From a virus (lineage: Duplodnaviria > Caudoviricetes): a stretch of 34,374 nucleotides of DNA. The position numbers were made by a program, and so were the translations under genes. The notes beneath the pieces are model-generated. The model did not search any database. It saw only the letters and a list, made by a program, of their open reading frames with translations, and was not told the origin of the DNA. Where the stretch lies: IMG/VR virus record IMGVR_UViG_3300036784_000080, positions 1 to 34,374 of that record. One strand, written 5' to 3'. Shown piece by piece: positions 26,491 to 33,928 of this stretch (positions are counted from its first letter, which is position 1; the number at the start of each line of letters is the position of its first letter).

Positions 26491-28346
26491 CAGTAAGCTC
26501 CAATCGAAGGCGGGTTCGTGCGGGGCGCACCTGCAAAGTTGGTCGTCATCCCTTCAATGGCTACACCCGCAGCGGAGATATCCGTCCCCGTCCCGCCAAG
26601 TCGAACATCTGGGAATCCCCACAAGGCCCATGTTGTTTGTTTAATCATGGGTGTGGTGAAGATTGAATTTTTTTCAACCGAGACAGAACACCCCGCGCCT
26701 CTCATGCCAGTACAAACGTTGTTGCTGATCTTCGATGCGGCCTGGGCGAAGATGCCCCCCGGCGCACCGGATGAATCGGTGAAGCGCGACGGTAGCTCCG
26801 TCCCCGGCGCGACGACAAAGCCAAGCTGGATGTTGTTGCGGAAGTCGAGTCCGCAGGTGCCGTCCGTACACGACCCCGAAGTGATCCCCCCGCAATCCCC
26901 GCCCTGATGCCCCCCGCTACAGAAAAACGTGTTGCCGATGACTCTGGCTATGCTGCCTTTGTTGACGTTGATGATGAAGGCTTCATTTCCGGCGCGTCCG
27001 CAGCTAGTGAGTCGCGAGTTATAACCCTTCGGTGTGCCGGGTATCGCTTCATCGCACATCGCAAACGTGTTGTTGATGATGATGTTGTTCATGTAGGTTT
27101 CGGTGACTCCAGACTTCACCTGATTGCCCATGTTCGCGTAGAAGAGAACGTGCTCGACCGTCACGTTCGTCCCGCAGCCGTTCGCATGGAGCCAGTCGTC
27201 GCCGTCCTGCGTGTTGTTGTTGACGGTTCCCCCGTTATGAACAATCGTCCACCCTGCCGGACACGATGAGGTTGTGGCCGTCCCTATCCCTTCGCCGTAG
27301 CCTCCAACCTGGTCGTCGGCGCAATCGGTGTAGGGAAGGGGATGAACGATGGGATACTCTTCGGCGCAACCATTCCAGCTAACCGAAAAGTCGATGAGGT
27401 TGAGATGGCCGTAGCCTGTCGTCCCTGTCCCGTTGTCCATGTTCCATCCGGCCCCCGCGTTGCCGGATAGTCGAACCCGCTTCATCGTCACCCCGTCACC
27501 TGGAGGGCCAAGGATTCCGACCGACGCGGTTCCGTGACAGTCGATATCCGTCAGCGTGATATCGTGCGCGGTGTTGTCCCATCCGAAACAGGCAATCGTG
27601 TAGTCGTCCAGCGGGTAGTTGGTGTTGCATTGATGCACCTGCCCGTTGCGTCCGCATGAAGAGTGGTCAGTCATATCGAAGCAAGCGAAGTCAACATAAG
27701 CGGCTCCCAGGGACACCTGAAAGATGAAGTTGGTTGCGTAGCCTCCATAGACTTTGGTGTAGTTCGACGGGGAACACGAAGCGTAGTTGACTCCGAGTAT
27801 TCGCGTGTGTTGCGCGGCGGTGCCGGAGTGGAGGACGGGCGCACCTGCGCCGTAAGGGTTGCCGGGGAGACCGAAGTAGTCACCGGAGTTCGGCCCACTT
27901 GGGCCTACCCTGCAATTCGCTCCGTTCGTGCAGTCGATGACATAGGTGTCTCCACCCTTGCCTACCCACGCCCAACAGGAAGAGGTCGGGGAGGGATCGG
28001 TGCAATAGTTGTGTCCGGTTGTCCAAAGGTAGCGAACATCGTTGAACGCGCAATGCAGATTCACGCCACTGCCGGGATAAGGGTCTGGGGATGTGCCGTC
28101 ACACTGGCCTTGTGGGAAGTCCGTCGCATGGTAGCGTGATCCTCCCTTCCCGTTGACGTACCAGGTGGTGAACGTGGAAGGGGTGGTGTTGGTGATCTTC
28201 ACATCCACGGCATAGGTGCAAGGGGTTGTGCAAGTGATCGTGAAATGGTGATCGGTGGATTGGCCGGGGGGGGTTGATCTGCGACAGGACAGGATGGGCA
28301 ATAGAGCCATCATCACGAAGAGGACAGGGAGAACTTTGCTTCGCAT
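26490..28346 (-). CDS. secreted Cys-rich parallel beta-helix (pectin-lyase-like) lipoprotein
   Basis: Signal MRSKVLPVLFVMMALLPILSC; WYVNGKGG start motif; Asn-ladder repeats (GNAGAG, NNTQDG, NNIIINN, RNNI); C-terminal NFAGAPRTNPPSIGAY resembles choice-of-anchor Q. Confidence 0.75.
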   Translation of the reverse strand: MRSKVLPVLFVMMALLPILSCRRSTPPGQSTDHHFTITCTTPCTYAVDVKITNTTPSTFTTWYVNGKGGSRYHATDFPQGQCDGTSPDPYPGSGVNLHCAFNDVRYLWTTGHNYCTDPSPTSSCWAWVGKGGDTYVIDCTNGANCRVGPSGPNSGDYFGLPGNPYGAGAPVLHSGTAAQHTRILGVNYASCSPSNYTKVYGGYATNFIFQVSLGAAYVDFACFDMTDHSSCGRNGQVHQCNTNYPLDDYTIACFGWDNTAHDITLTDIDCHGTASVGILGPPGDGVTMKRVRLSGNAGAGWNMDNGTGTTGYGHLNLIDFSVSWNGCAEEYPIVHPLPYTDCADDQVGGYGEGIGTATTSSCPAGWTIVHNGGTVNNNTQDGDDWLHANGCGTNVTVEHVLFYANMGNQVKSGVTETYMNNIIINNTFAMCDEAIPGTPKGYNSRLTSCGRAGNEAFIINVNKGSIARVIGNTFFCSGGHQGGDCGGITSGSCTDGTCGLDFRNNIQLGFVVAPGTELPSRFTDSSGAPGGIFAQAASKISNNVCTGMRGAGCSVSVEKNSIFTTPMIKQTTWALWGFPDVRLGGTGTDISAAGVAIEGMTTNFAGAPRTNPPSIGAY

Positions 28347-28386
28347 CGCGCCTCCACCCGGCGCATTGTTAAGCCTTACTTATGGC

Positions 28387-28638
28387 TTAACTGCGCCTGA
28401 TCGCCATTCGGTTGATCTGTGTCACGTAGCCGTCTTTTTCAAACTCGATTTGGGCGAGGGGGCCGCTCTGTTTCAGGATGCGGCAAGCTTGGCCTCTCCG
28501 TCCTAGTCGATCCCACACAAGGACGTGACGGAAGGCTTTGGGGTCATCCGGCTCTGAGGGTTGGCCTAGATGCTGGATTCCGGCCTTGAGGGTAGCATCG
28601 AAAAGCTTCTCCTCGCAATTACGATCTTTTTTTCTCAT
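28387..28638 (-). CDS. small phage protein, SH3/KOW-like
   Basis: 83 aa; W...GRRGQACRIL...QIEFEKDG. Confidence 0.7.
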   Translation of the reverse strand: MRKKDRNCEEKLFDATLKAGIQHLGQPSEPDDPKAFRHVLVWDRLGRRGQACRILKQSGPLAQIEFEKDGYVTQINRMAIRRS

Positions 28639-28954
28639 CGTCCTCTTTTTTCAGCGCAATCACGAAACAGGCGATGCAGAGTTTTCGGTGGGGCTTGGCT
28701 CCGCGCTCCTTGAGCATCGCCTGGGTCGATGGCGATATCCAGACTTTGCGTCCGCACTCGCAAATACTCTGCGTTGCGCCTGTGATCCCACCATGATTCA
28801 GCGCGGCAATCACGATCAACACGTCATCTGTGTCAATCGCGCCTTGCTTGTCGTCATGGGCTAGCAGCTTCCCCTCCCGCGCCATCTTTTGCAACAGCGC
28901 GGCTCCTCTGGGGTCGGCCTTCATCGCGGCTCGAAGGGCTTCAACCTCGTTCAT
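28619..28954 (-). CDS. Zn-finger hypothetical protein
   Basis: 111 aa; CECG...CIAC; AGGAG RBS. Confidence 0.75.
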   Translation of the reverse strand: MNEVEALRAAMKADPRGAALLQKMAREGKLLAHDDKQGAIDTDDVLIVIAALNHGGITGATQSICECGRKVWISPSTQAMLKERGAKPHRKLCIACFVIALKKEDDEKKRS

Positions 28955-29276
28955 TGGTCGGCTCCTTGCGGATGCTGAAGGCGTTCTCTTTGCCGTCGAG
29001 ACCCTTGATGAACTTGCGGCCCCGCTCCAGCCATTGCAACAGTTCTAGCCCGTTGCTCTCGTTGACGCGGCGGTAGAGTTCGGCGTCGTCTTCCTCATAG
29101 GCAATCAGGACGCTGAAATTCATGTACCAGCGGGGCGGGGCGAGGATTCCACCCTTCATTACGGATTCGAGGGTTGCGGGGTCGGCCTTCTTCATCCGGT
29201 CAAGGTTGTCGCGCTCGATCACGACGAAGAGGATGGACTGCTGTAGCTCGTCTACGTTTATCATCGCGGCAATCAT
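28941..29276 (-). CDS. hypothetical protein
   Basis: 111 aa; GAGGA RBS; ATGA overlap. Confidence 0.75.
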   Translation of the reverse strand: MIAAMINVDELQQSILFVVIERDNLDRMKKADPATLESVMKGGILAPPRWYMNFSVLIAYEEDDAELYRRVNESNGLELLQWLERGRKFIKGLDGKENAFSIRKEPTNERG

Positions 29277-29911
29277 TTGGAGTCCTCTTTCCCGGCATTG
29301 GGGATATTTCCCAAGCCATTATCGGCTTTGGCTGCGGCCTCTGCATCCAATTCGGCAAGCGAGTGGAGCGTGATGCCGGATTTATCATGCTCCTCTTTCG
29401 TCAGAAGACGGTCGCGGTACTCCTCCGGCACAAGGTTCTCATCCGGCACGTCCACGCCTATAACTTCACCGTGGGGGTTGATGCCTAGCTCGTTGGCGCG
29501 GATGATCGCGGTGATGAGTCCGTGGGCCTGGACGTAGACGCATCCGGCGAAGCCTTCGGGCTTGGCGAAGGAGAGATACACCCAATGGAGGGGGAAGTTG
29601 CGAACCTCCTCCCCGGCGAGTTTGTAGGCGCGTTGGATTTTCTCTTCGTTGGTCATGCGTCCCTCGATGCTGTCTGGATCGTGGGTTGCTTCCCACTTTC
29701 TCCAGCGTTTGAATCTTACCTGCTCCTCCGGCGTCGATGGCCGCTGGCAGTAACGACACTCCCGCTGGTCGATCCTCGATCTACCGAAGTCTCTCCGCGC
29801 CTTCGTACACTCTTTGCTGCAAGTGATCGCGTCCCACTTTCGTCCTGCCGGGATTGGGTTGGTGCAAACCACGCAGCGCATTTGCACTCCCGAAAAATCG
29901 TCCTTCCTCAT
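29273..29911 (-). CDS. Zn-finger (CxxC...CSxxC) hypothetical protein, probably two domains
   Basis: 212 aa; CVVC, CSKEC and CRYC, then an unrelated C-terminal domain. Confidence 0.75.
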   Translation of the reverse strand: MRKDDFSGVQMRCVVCTNPIPAGRKWDAITCSKECTKARRDFGRSRIDQRECRYCQRPSTPEEQVRFKRWRKWEATHDPDSIEGRMTNEEKIQRAYKLAGEEVRNFPLHWVYLSFAKPEGFAGCVYVQAHGLITAIIRANELGINPHGEVIGVDVPDENLVPEEYRDRLLTKEEHDKSGITLHSLAELDAEAAAKADNGLGNIPNAGKEDSK

Positions 29912-29914
29912 CGT

Positions 29915-30364
29915 CTAAGCCTCTCTGGTCACGTAATAGGTTGTTCGGGGGTTGTCGCGCTCGTCCTTGTGGACGATAGCGCGGCTCTCTGAGACAAAGG
30001 CATCGGAGTGGATCACTCCGCAATGGACAAGAGCATCAATCCCACACTTCAGAAAATTGTCCGCGTCCCCGCGCTGCTTGGTTCCGAGATACACGTCGAT
30101 GGTGACGGCGTACTTCACTTTCCTCCGCTCGGCGTCGGTCGCGGGTGCGACGGTGGCTCCCCTGGCGAAGATAGCAACGGCGTCATAGTAGGCTTTCGTT
30201 TGTTTGGTGATTTTCTGGCCGGGATGAAGAAATCCGTCTTTGCCGATGTACCTGGAGGGACGTTTGTAATGATTCCCGCTCGGCGGCGTGAGATACGGCA
30301 CCGTGAAGTGGACAACCTCACCTGCCTCATAGGGTTTGAGTTCGATATTGCTGGACGGCTGCAT
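29915..30364 (-). CDS. rusA: RusA-family Holliday junction resolvase
   Basis: PPSGNHY, catalytic DADNFLK...DAL and IHSDAFV motifs; start set at ATG 30364 (likely leaderless). Confidence 0.9.
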   Translation of the reverse strand: MQPSSNIELKPYEAGEVVHFTVPYLTPPSGNHYKRPSRYIGKDGFLHPGQKITKQTKAYYDAVAIFARGATVAPATDAERRKVKYAVTIDVYLGTKQRGDADNFLKCGIDALVHCGVIHSDAFVSESRAIVHKDERDNPRTTYYVTREA

Positions 30365-30400
30365 GACTCTACTATAGACTGACTCAATTATGACTGTAAA
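30352..30400. promoter_or_regulatory. overlapping divergent promoters
   Basis: Plus strand TGGACG-N17-TAGACT (30352-30380). Minus strand TTTACA-N18-TATAGT (30400-30371). The two start codons are only 25 bp apart. Confidence 0.6.
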
Positions 30401-30635
30401 GAAGACTGTAAAGAAGAGAAAAGCTGGTAAGAGTCGTCCTGATCGGAGAAGCAAGAAACGATCCGGCTATGTTAACCAAACTGTTCGCGTTCTTGTCGAA
30501 GAGAATCGGATGATCCGTGAGGCTGCGGATTTAGAGGGAATGTCCATCAACTTCTGGGCCGTTCGTGTGCTCCTGGCTGCGGCCAAGTCGCGGATCGCCA
30601 AGAACAATAAACAATTAACCCCTGAAAGCGAGTAA
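30390..30635 (+). CDS. ribbon-helix-helix regulator (DUF1778/TacA-like)
   Basis: QTVRVLVEENRMIREAADLEGMSINFWAVRVLLAAA. Confidence 0.8.
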   Translation: MTVKKTVKKRKAGKSRPDRRSKKRSGYVNQTVRVLVEENRMIREAADLEGMSINFWAVRVLLAAAKSRIAKNNKQLTPESE

Positions 30636-30639
30636 CCCA

Positions 30640-30837
30640 TTGGCAAAGACAACCGCACCAACAACCACGCAAGCTAAACCCTCCGCTGCGCTTCTCCCCA
30701 AAGGGACTGATCCACGGTCGGAGTTATTCTTTCTCCTCGGTCATCTGAAGGGAACGGGCTTTGAGAGCGCATCCCGCATCACAGAGTTGGTGATTGACCT
30801 GACGGCGGTAGCTCCTACCGAGACTGGAGGCGAGTAG
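30640..30837 (+). CDS. small hypothetical protein
   Basis: 65 aa; TTG start; fills the gap between neighbours. Confidence 0.6.
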   Translation: MAKTTAPTTTQAKPSAALLPKGTDPRSELFFLLGHLKGTGFESASRITELVIDLTAVAPTETGGE

Positions 30838-31055
30838 TGGGGCAGATTACGTTTAGCCAATTGCTTCTAGCGGTTTCAATCCCCACTATCGTCGCGCTCG
30901 TCGGCGTCGTCTGGAATCAGGTGGGAATGAACGCGCTGCGTAGCGAAATGTCGGGCCTTCGCAAAGACCTGTACGACCAAGTAACCGCCTTGCTGAACAC
31001 CATCCACGGCGTAGACATTCGGGTGGTGCGTTTGGAAGAGAAGGAGAAGCATTGA
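30837..31055 (+). CDS. small membrane protein (one TM helix plus coiled coil)
   Basis: 72 aa; LLLAVSIPTIVALVGVVW then heptads; GGAGG RBS. Confidence 0.75.
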   Translation: MGQITFSQLLLAVSIPTIVALVGVVWNQVGMNALRSEMSGLRKDLYDQVTALLNTIHGVDIRVVRLEEKEKH

Positions 31056-31351
31056 TGGCGCACCTTTACCAGACGGACGGGAGGGTGAAAGAGATTCACC
31101 CTCCCAACGGCGGCAAATACTTCACACTGCCGGAGCTACAGGCGATTGTGGGCGGCTACATTGAAATGGTTCGCACCGTTGACGGCGAGTACATGGTCAT
31201 CAACGAAATGGGCAAGCTCGAAGGGCTGGAGTTGAACATCTGGGCCACGCGCATCTACCAACACGGTCGGCATGATCCAATAGTCGGCAACGCCATCGTC
31301 TTCGCGACGAAGGCGGATATTGAGCCTGACGATGACGAAGTGGAACAGTGA
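31052..31351 (+). CDS. DUF3846-like protein
   Basis: LPELQAIVGGYIE...MVINEMGKL.GL..N..AT...IVGNAI. Confidence 0.8.
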   Translation: MMAHLYQTDGRVKEIHPPNGGKYFTLPELQAIVGGYIEMVRTVDGEYMVINEMGKLEGLELNIWATRIYQHGRHDPIVGNAIVFATKADIEPDDDEVEQ

Positions 31352-31631
31352 TCCAAAGACCTACCGATTCCCGCTCTGCTTCTGCCCGGTGTGCTTTACC
31401 AGGCTGGACGCGGCGACGGCGATGACGGAGGATCACGCGCCGGAGCCTAGCGATTTTACGGTGTGCTGCTACTGTACTTCGGTGTTGATGTTCGATGGCA
31501 ATTTGCATTTACAACTGAGTTCGCTTGAGGCCATCCCGACACACTCGCGGATGGCCTTCGCGCAGATCGTTCAAATGCTCAAGGCGCATCCTTGGCCGGG
31601 GAGAGGCGATGGAAGCACAAAAATCACCTGA
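31332..31631 (+). CDS. Zn-ribbon hypothetical protein
   Basis: CPVC...P.P.D.TVCCYC; start set at ATG 31332. Confidence 0.7.
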   Translation: MTKWNSDPKTYRFPLCFCPVCFTRLDAATAMTEDHAPEPSDFTVCCYCTSVLMFDGNLHLQLSSLEAIPTHSRMAFAQIVQMLKAHPWPGRGDGSTKIT

Positions 31632-31774
31632 GAAGGATTTTTTTCACGCCTATCCCCCGAATGAGGGGGAACCAAAACAATAAACCGTTACTTTAGGGTT
31701 AATTTGTTTAAAACAAACAACTTTGCTATAAAGTCGAACTATCGTGATATCCCGGCGAGGGTGAAAGCGATAAA

Positions 31775-31861
31775 TTGAGAGGCTGAACGTCGGCTGATCC
31801 CCGGCGCGTTGGTGGGGGTAGACACACCTACCCCCACTGGCCCTCAAGTGTGTTTGAGGAG
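31775..31861 (+). ncRNA. putative C4/CI-like three-way-junction RNA switch
   Basis: Closing stem UUGAG(A)GGC/GCCCUCAA; hairpin CGUCGG/CCGGCG with loop CUGAUCC; 10-bp hairpin GUGGGGGUAG/CUACCCCCAC with loop ACACAC; alternative hairpin CCUCAA-GUGUGU-UUGAGG. Confidence 0.5.
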
Positions 31862-31869
31862 AATGCTCT

Positions 31870-32043
31870 GTGAAGTCCAGCAATACAACACGCCAAAACA
31901 AGTTTAGAAATCATCCGCCGATTGAGTGCGGATTGCGTCCGGTTGACTGGCTTGATACCGCGCAAAGTAAAAGCGGTCTGAGTTCTCTTCGTGGGCCTAA
32001 ACCCTGCGAAGCTCCCTCAAACCGCTCAACCTTCCACCTGTAG
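31870..32043 (+). CDS. putative 57-aa leader ORF upstream of the replication gene
   Basis: GAGGAG RBS 8 nt before the GTG; MKSSNTTRQNKFRNHPPIECGLRPVDWLDTAQSKSGLSSLRGPKPCEAPSNRSTFHL. Confidence 0.4.
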   Translation: MKSSNTTRQNKFRNHPPIECGLRPVDWLDTAQSKSGLSSLRGPKPCEAPSNRSTFHL

Positions 32044-32158
32044 AGAGCCGGGGCGGAACCCCCTAACCCTCTCGAATTACATTCACATCAACCTATACAG
32101 CCCTAACTAATCAACCCCTATGCGTTAGCAGCGCATGGAACAGGAGTCTTTCGTGCCT
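31964..32158 (-). ncRNA. putative ~195-nt antisense RNA ending in a terminator hairpin
   Basis: Promoter at 32165-32193; 3' hairpin AGCGGUUUGAG/CUCAGACCGCU (11 bp including one G-U) followed by UUUACUUU. Confidence 0.55.
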
Positions 32159-32950
32159 TCACAAACCATAGCAGCATCATGCCGTCAAGTCAACTGTGAG
32201 AATCCTCAAAATCATGTGAATAAAGGCCGTCCGCAAGGGCTAGGGGGGCGGTTCGTTATGCTCCCGATCCGCACGAAGCGGTATATCCGTCTCCGTGGCG
32301 ATCTGGCTACCTACCTTGACTTGATGGAGCTAATGAACCTCCAGACGCGCACCTGTTTCCCCTCGGTTCCGCGTTTGGCTGAGATGGACGGGGTAGACGT
32401 GACGACGATCCGGCGACGGCTCCGGCGACTCGAAGCCAAAGGTGTCGTCGTGACGACTCTTCGCAAGTATGCATATCGCTCCAACCACACTAGTATCTAC
32501 TTTCTCCCCATCCTTGACGATGACTTTTTTCTGTCTCATCCGATGCCCGTAGTGGGGGGCAAGAATGCCCCCGTAAAGCAACTACCAAAGATTGAAAAAC
32601 AAACAAAAACATCCCGCGCTATTGCGCGGCGGGAAAGGTTCTCTGAGCGTGTCTCACCACAACGTCCGGTTCCCGATGCAGAGGTCTACGCTTCAGAGCA
32701 ACGCGGTCGGGAGTTACGTCGCGAACACTGGCAAAAGGTGAGGGGGCCACATCGCAACTGGCGCGAGTGGCGTGGGGGTAGGGAGGATGAGATTGCGCGG
32801 CTCCAGGCGAGAGCATGTGTAGGGATGGCTCCAACACCGACCGAGTATGACCCTGTGGCGGCTGATGCATACTGGAAGCGTGAGCGTGAGCGTGAGCTTT
32901 CTCCACTGGAGAGGGCAAGACGGCATGATGGAGGCATAAATGGGAAGTAA
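32135..32950 (+). CDS. replication initiator with N-terminal winged HTH (HTH_36-like)
   Basis: LATYLDL...TCFPSVPRLAEMDGVDVTTIRRRLRRLEAKGVV...TSIYFL; the true start may be ATG 32258. Confidence 0.75.
   Translation: MEQESFVPSQTIAASCRQVNCENPQNHVNKGRPQGLGGRFVMLPIRTKRYIRLRGDLATYLDLMELMNLQTRTCFPSVPRLAEMDGVDVTTIRRRLRRLEAKGVVVTTLRKYAYRSNHTSIYFLPILDDDFFLSHPMPVVGGKNAPVKQLPKIEKQTKTSRAIARRERFSERVSPQRPVPDAEVYASEQRGRELRREHWQKVRGPHRNWREWRGGREDEIARLQARACVGMAPTPTEYDPVAADAYWKRERERELSPLERARRHDGGINGK
32165..32193 (-). promoter_or_regulatory. antisense sigma70-type promoter
   Basis: TTGACT-N17-TATGGT with an extended -10 TG. Confidence 0.65.
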
Positions 32951-33185
32951 GGCGAGATTGAAGGGTGAACGGCGGCGGCTGCGTGAGCAAGAGGGTGGAT
33001 TTGAGACAGTGTTGCGTGTCCACGATGAGTCGAAGATGAGCGAGTCACAGCGTGAGGCATTGGCAAAAGCTTTCGAGGATGATCCGGGGTTAAAGGAATT
33101 TTACGAAGGTCTTTGTGGACTGTCGCGGGAGGGTTATGAACTTATCGAATCCGGTGGCAGGATTGAGGTAGGACGAAAAAGATGA
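32940..33185 (+). CDS. hypothetical protein
   Basis: 81 aa; GGAGG RBS. Confidence 0.75.
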   Translation: MGSKARLKGERRRLREQEGGFETVLRVHDESKMSESQREALAKAFEDDPGLKEFYEGLCGLSREGYELIESGGRIEVGRKR

Positions 33186-33200
33186 CGGCATAATGGAGGC

Positions 33201-33473
33201 ATGATGAAGGATCGCATTGGGAACACGTTGAGCAGGGGTGACAAGCTTGTTGTGGCCCTGCCGGAAGCGTCGATCTTCGGGTTTGTGGCGGAATTGAAGG
33301 AACCGGGGCTGATTGGCGGCGTCCGGCGCGGCGGGGTGGAGCATACACCTGGGCGGGTGCTGGTGAGTTGCGTGATCGCGCTGCCAGTGGACGAAAACGG
33401 CAATGTGCTGCAAGTGGTGAAGGTCTACGACGCGGACAAGCACGAAGACGGCCCGAAAGTGGTTCCAAACTGA
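33201..33473 (+). CDS. hypothetical protein (SH3-like)
   Basis: 90 aa; DRIGNTLSRGDKLVV; GGAGG RBS. Confidence 0.75.
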   Translation: MMKDRIGNTLSRGDKLVVALPEASIFGFVAELKEPGLIGGVRRGGVEHTPGRVLVSCVIALPVDENGNVLQVVKVYDADKHEDGPKVVPN

Positions 33474-33474
33474 G

Positions 33475-33702
33475 ATGGCGACCGATGGCCTCAAGCATGT
33501 GTGCCAAGCCTCGGTGATTGAGGCGATGCAAGAGGGGTATGTGAGTCACCTGCTGCTGCTGGCGCGGATGCCGGATGGAACCTTCACCTGGGAGTCGGAC
33601 GATGCGCTGACTATCAGCGAGGCGCAAGACCTGTGTGATGATCTGCTGGCCCTGACGAAGCGGCCCCGGCCTCCATCGTGCCGGAAGGGATGCGGAAGAT
33701 GA
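33475..33702 (+). CDS. hypothetical protein
   Basis: 75 aa; packed into the operon. Confidence 0.65.
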   Translation: MATDGLKHVCQASVIEAMQEGYVSHLLLLARMPDGTFTWESDDALTISEAQDLCDDLLALTKRPRPPSCRKGCGR

Positions 33703-33917
33703 TTGTGACGAACTGCCGGGTGGACGGCAAGCCGTTTGAGCAACCTGACCATCTGCGAAACACCATCTGCCCTGAACATGCGGCGGAAGAGTGGGCGGGT
33801 CTGCCCGTCGTCGCGCTCATGGTATGCGCCAAAGAGCGAGGGTGGATGCAGAAGGTAAACAGGAAGGCGTGGGAACTATACCCACAAGCGGATAAAATCG
33901 TGGTATGGGTACTCTGA
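33699..33917 (+). CDS. hypothetical protein
   Basis: 72 aa from MIVTNC; ATGA overlap. Confidence 0.6.
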   Translation: MIVTNCRVDGKPFEQPDHLRNTICPEHAAEEWAGLPVVALMVCAKERGWMQKVNRKAWELYPQADKIVVWVL

Positions 33918-33928
33918 TCGTACAGGGC

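Noticed and set aside
28368-28391. Integron attC site (GTTRRRY and RYYYAAC both present)
   Set aside because: The boxes are in the wrong order, only 10 bp apart, there are no L boxes and no integrase is present.
221-30382. Numerous plus-strand ORFs opposite the minus-strand genes (and minus-strand ORFs beyond 30467)
   Set aside because: Shadow ORFs of GC-rich coding sequence with no RBS or recognisable motifs.
30365-30454. Hydrophobic N-terminal extension on RusA from the ORF track
   Set aside because: It is the antisense of the RHH gene's Lys-rich start and spans the predicted promoter; ATG 30364 is the better start.
30390-30837. TacA-TacT toxin-antitoxin pair
   Set aside because: No GNAT toxin follows the DUF1778-like gene; the GNAT-like gene at 12459 is in the virion module.
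32059-32107. Telomere-like TTAGGG motifs
   Set aside because: Only isolated single copies, not tandem; covered under the YYAACC cluster.
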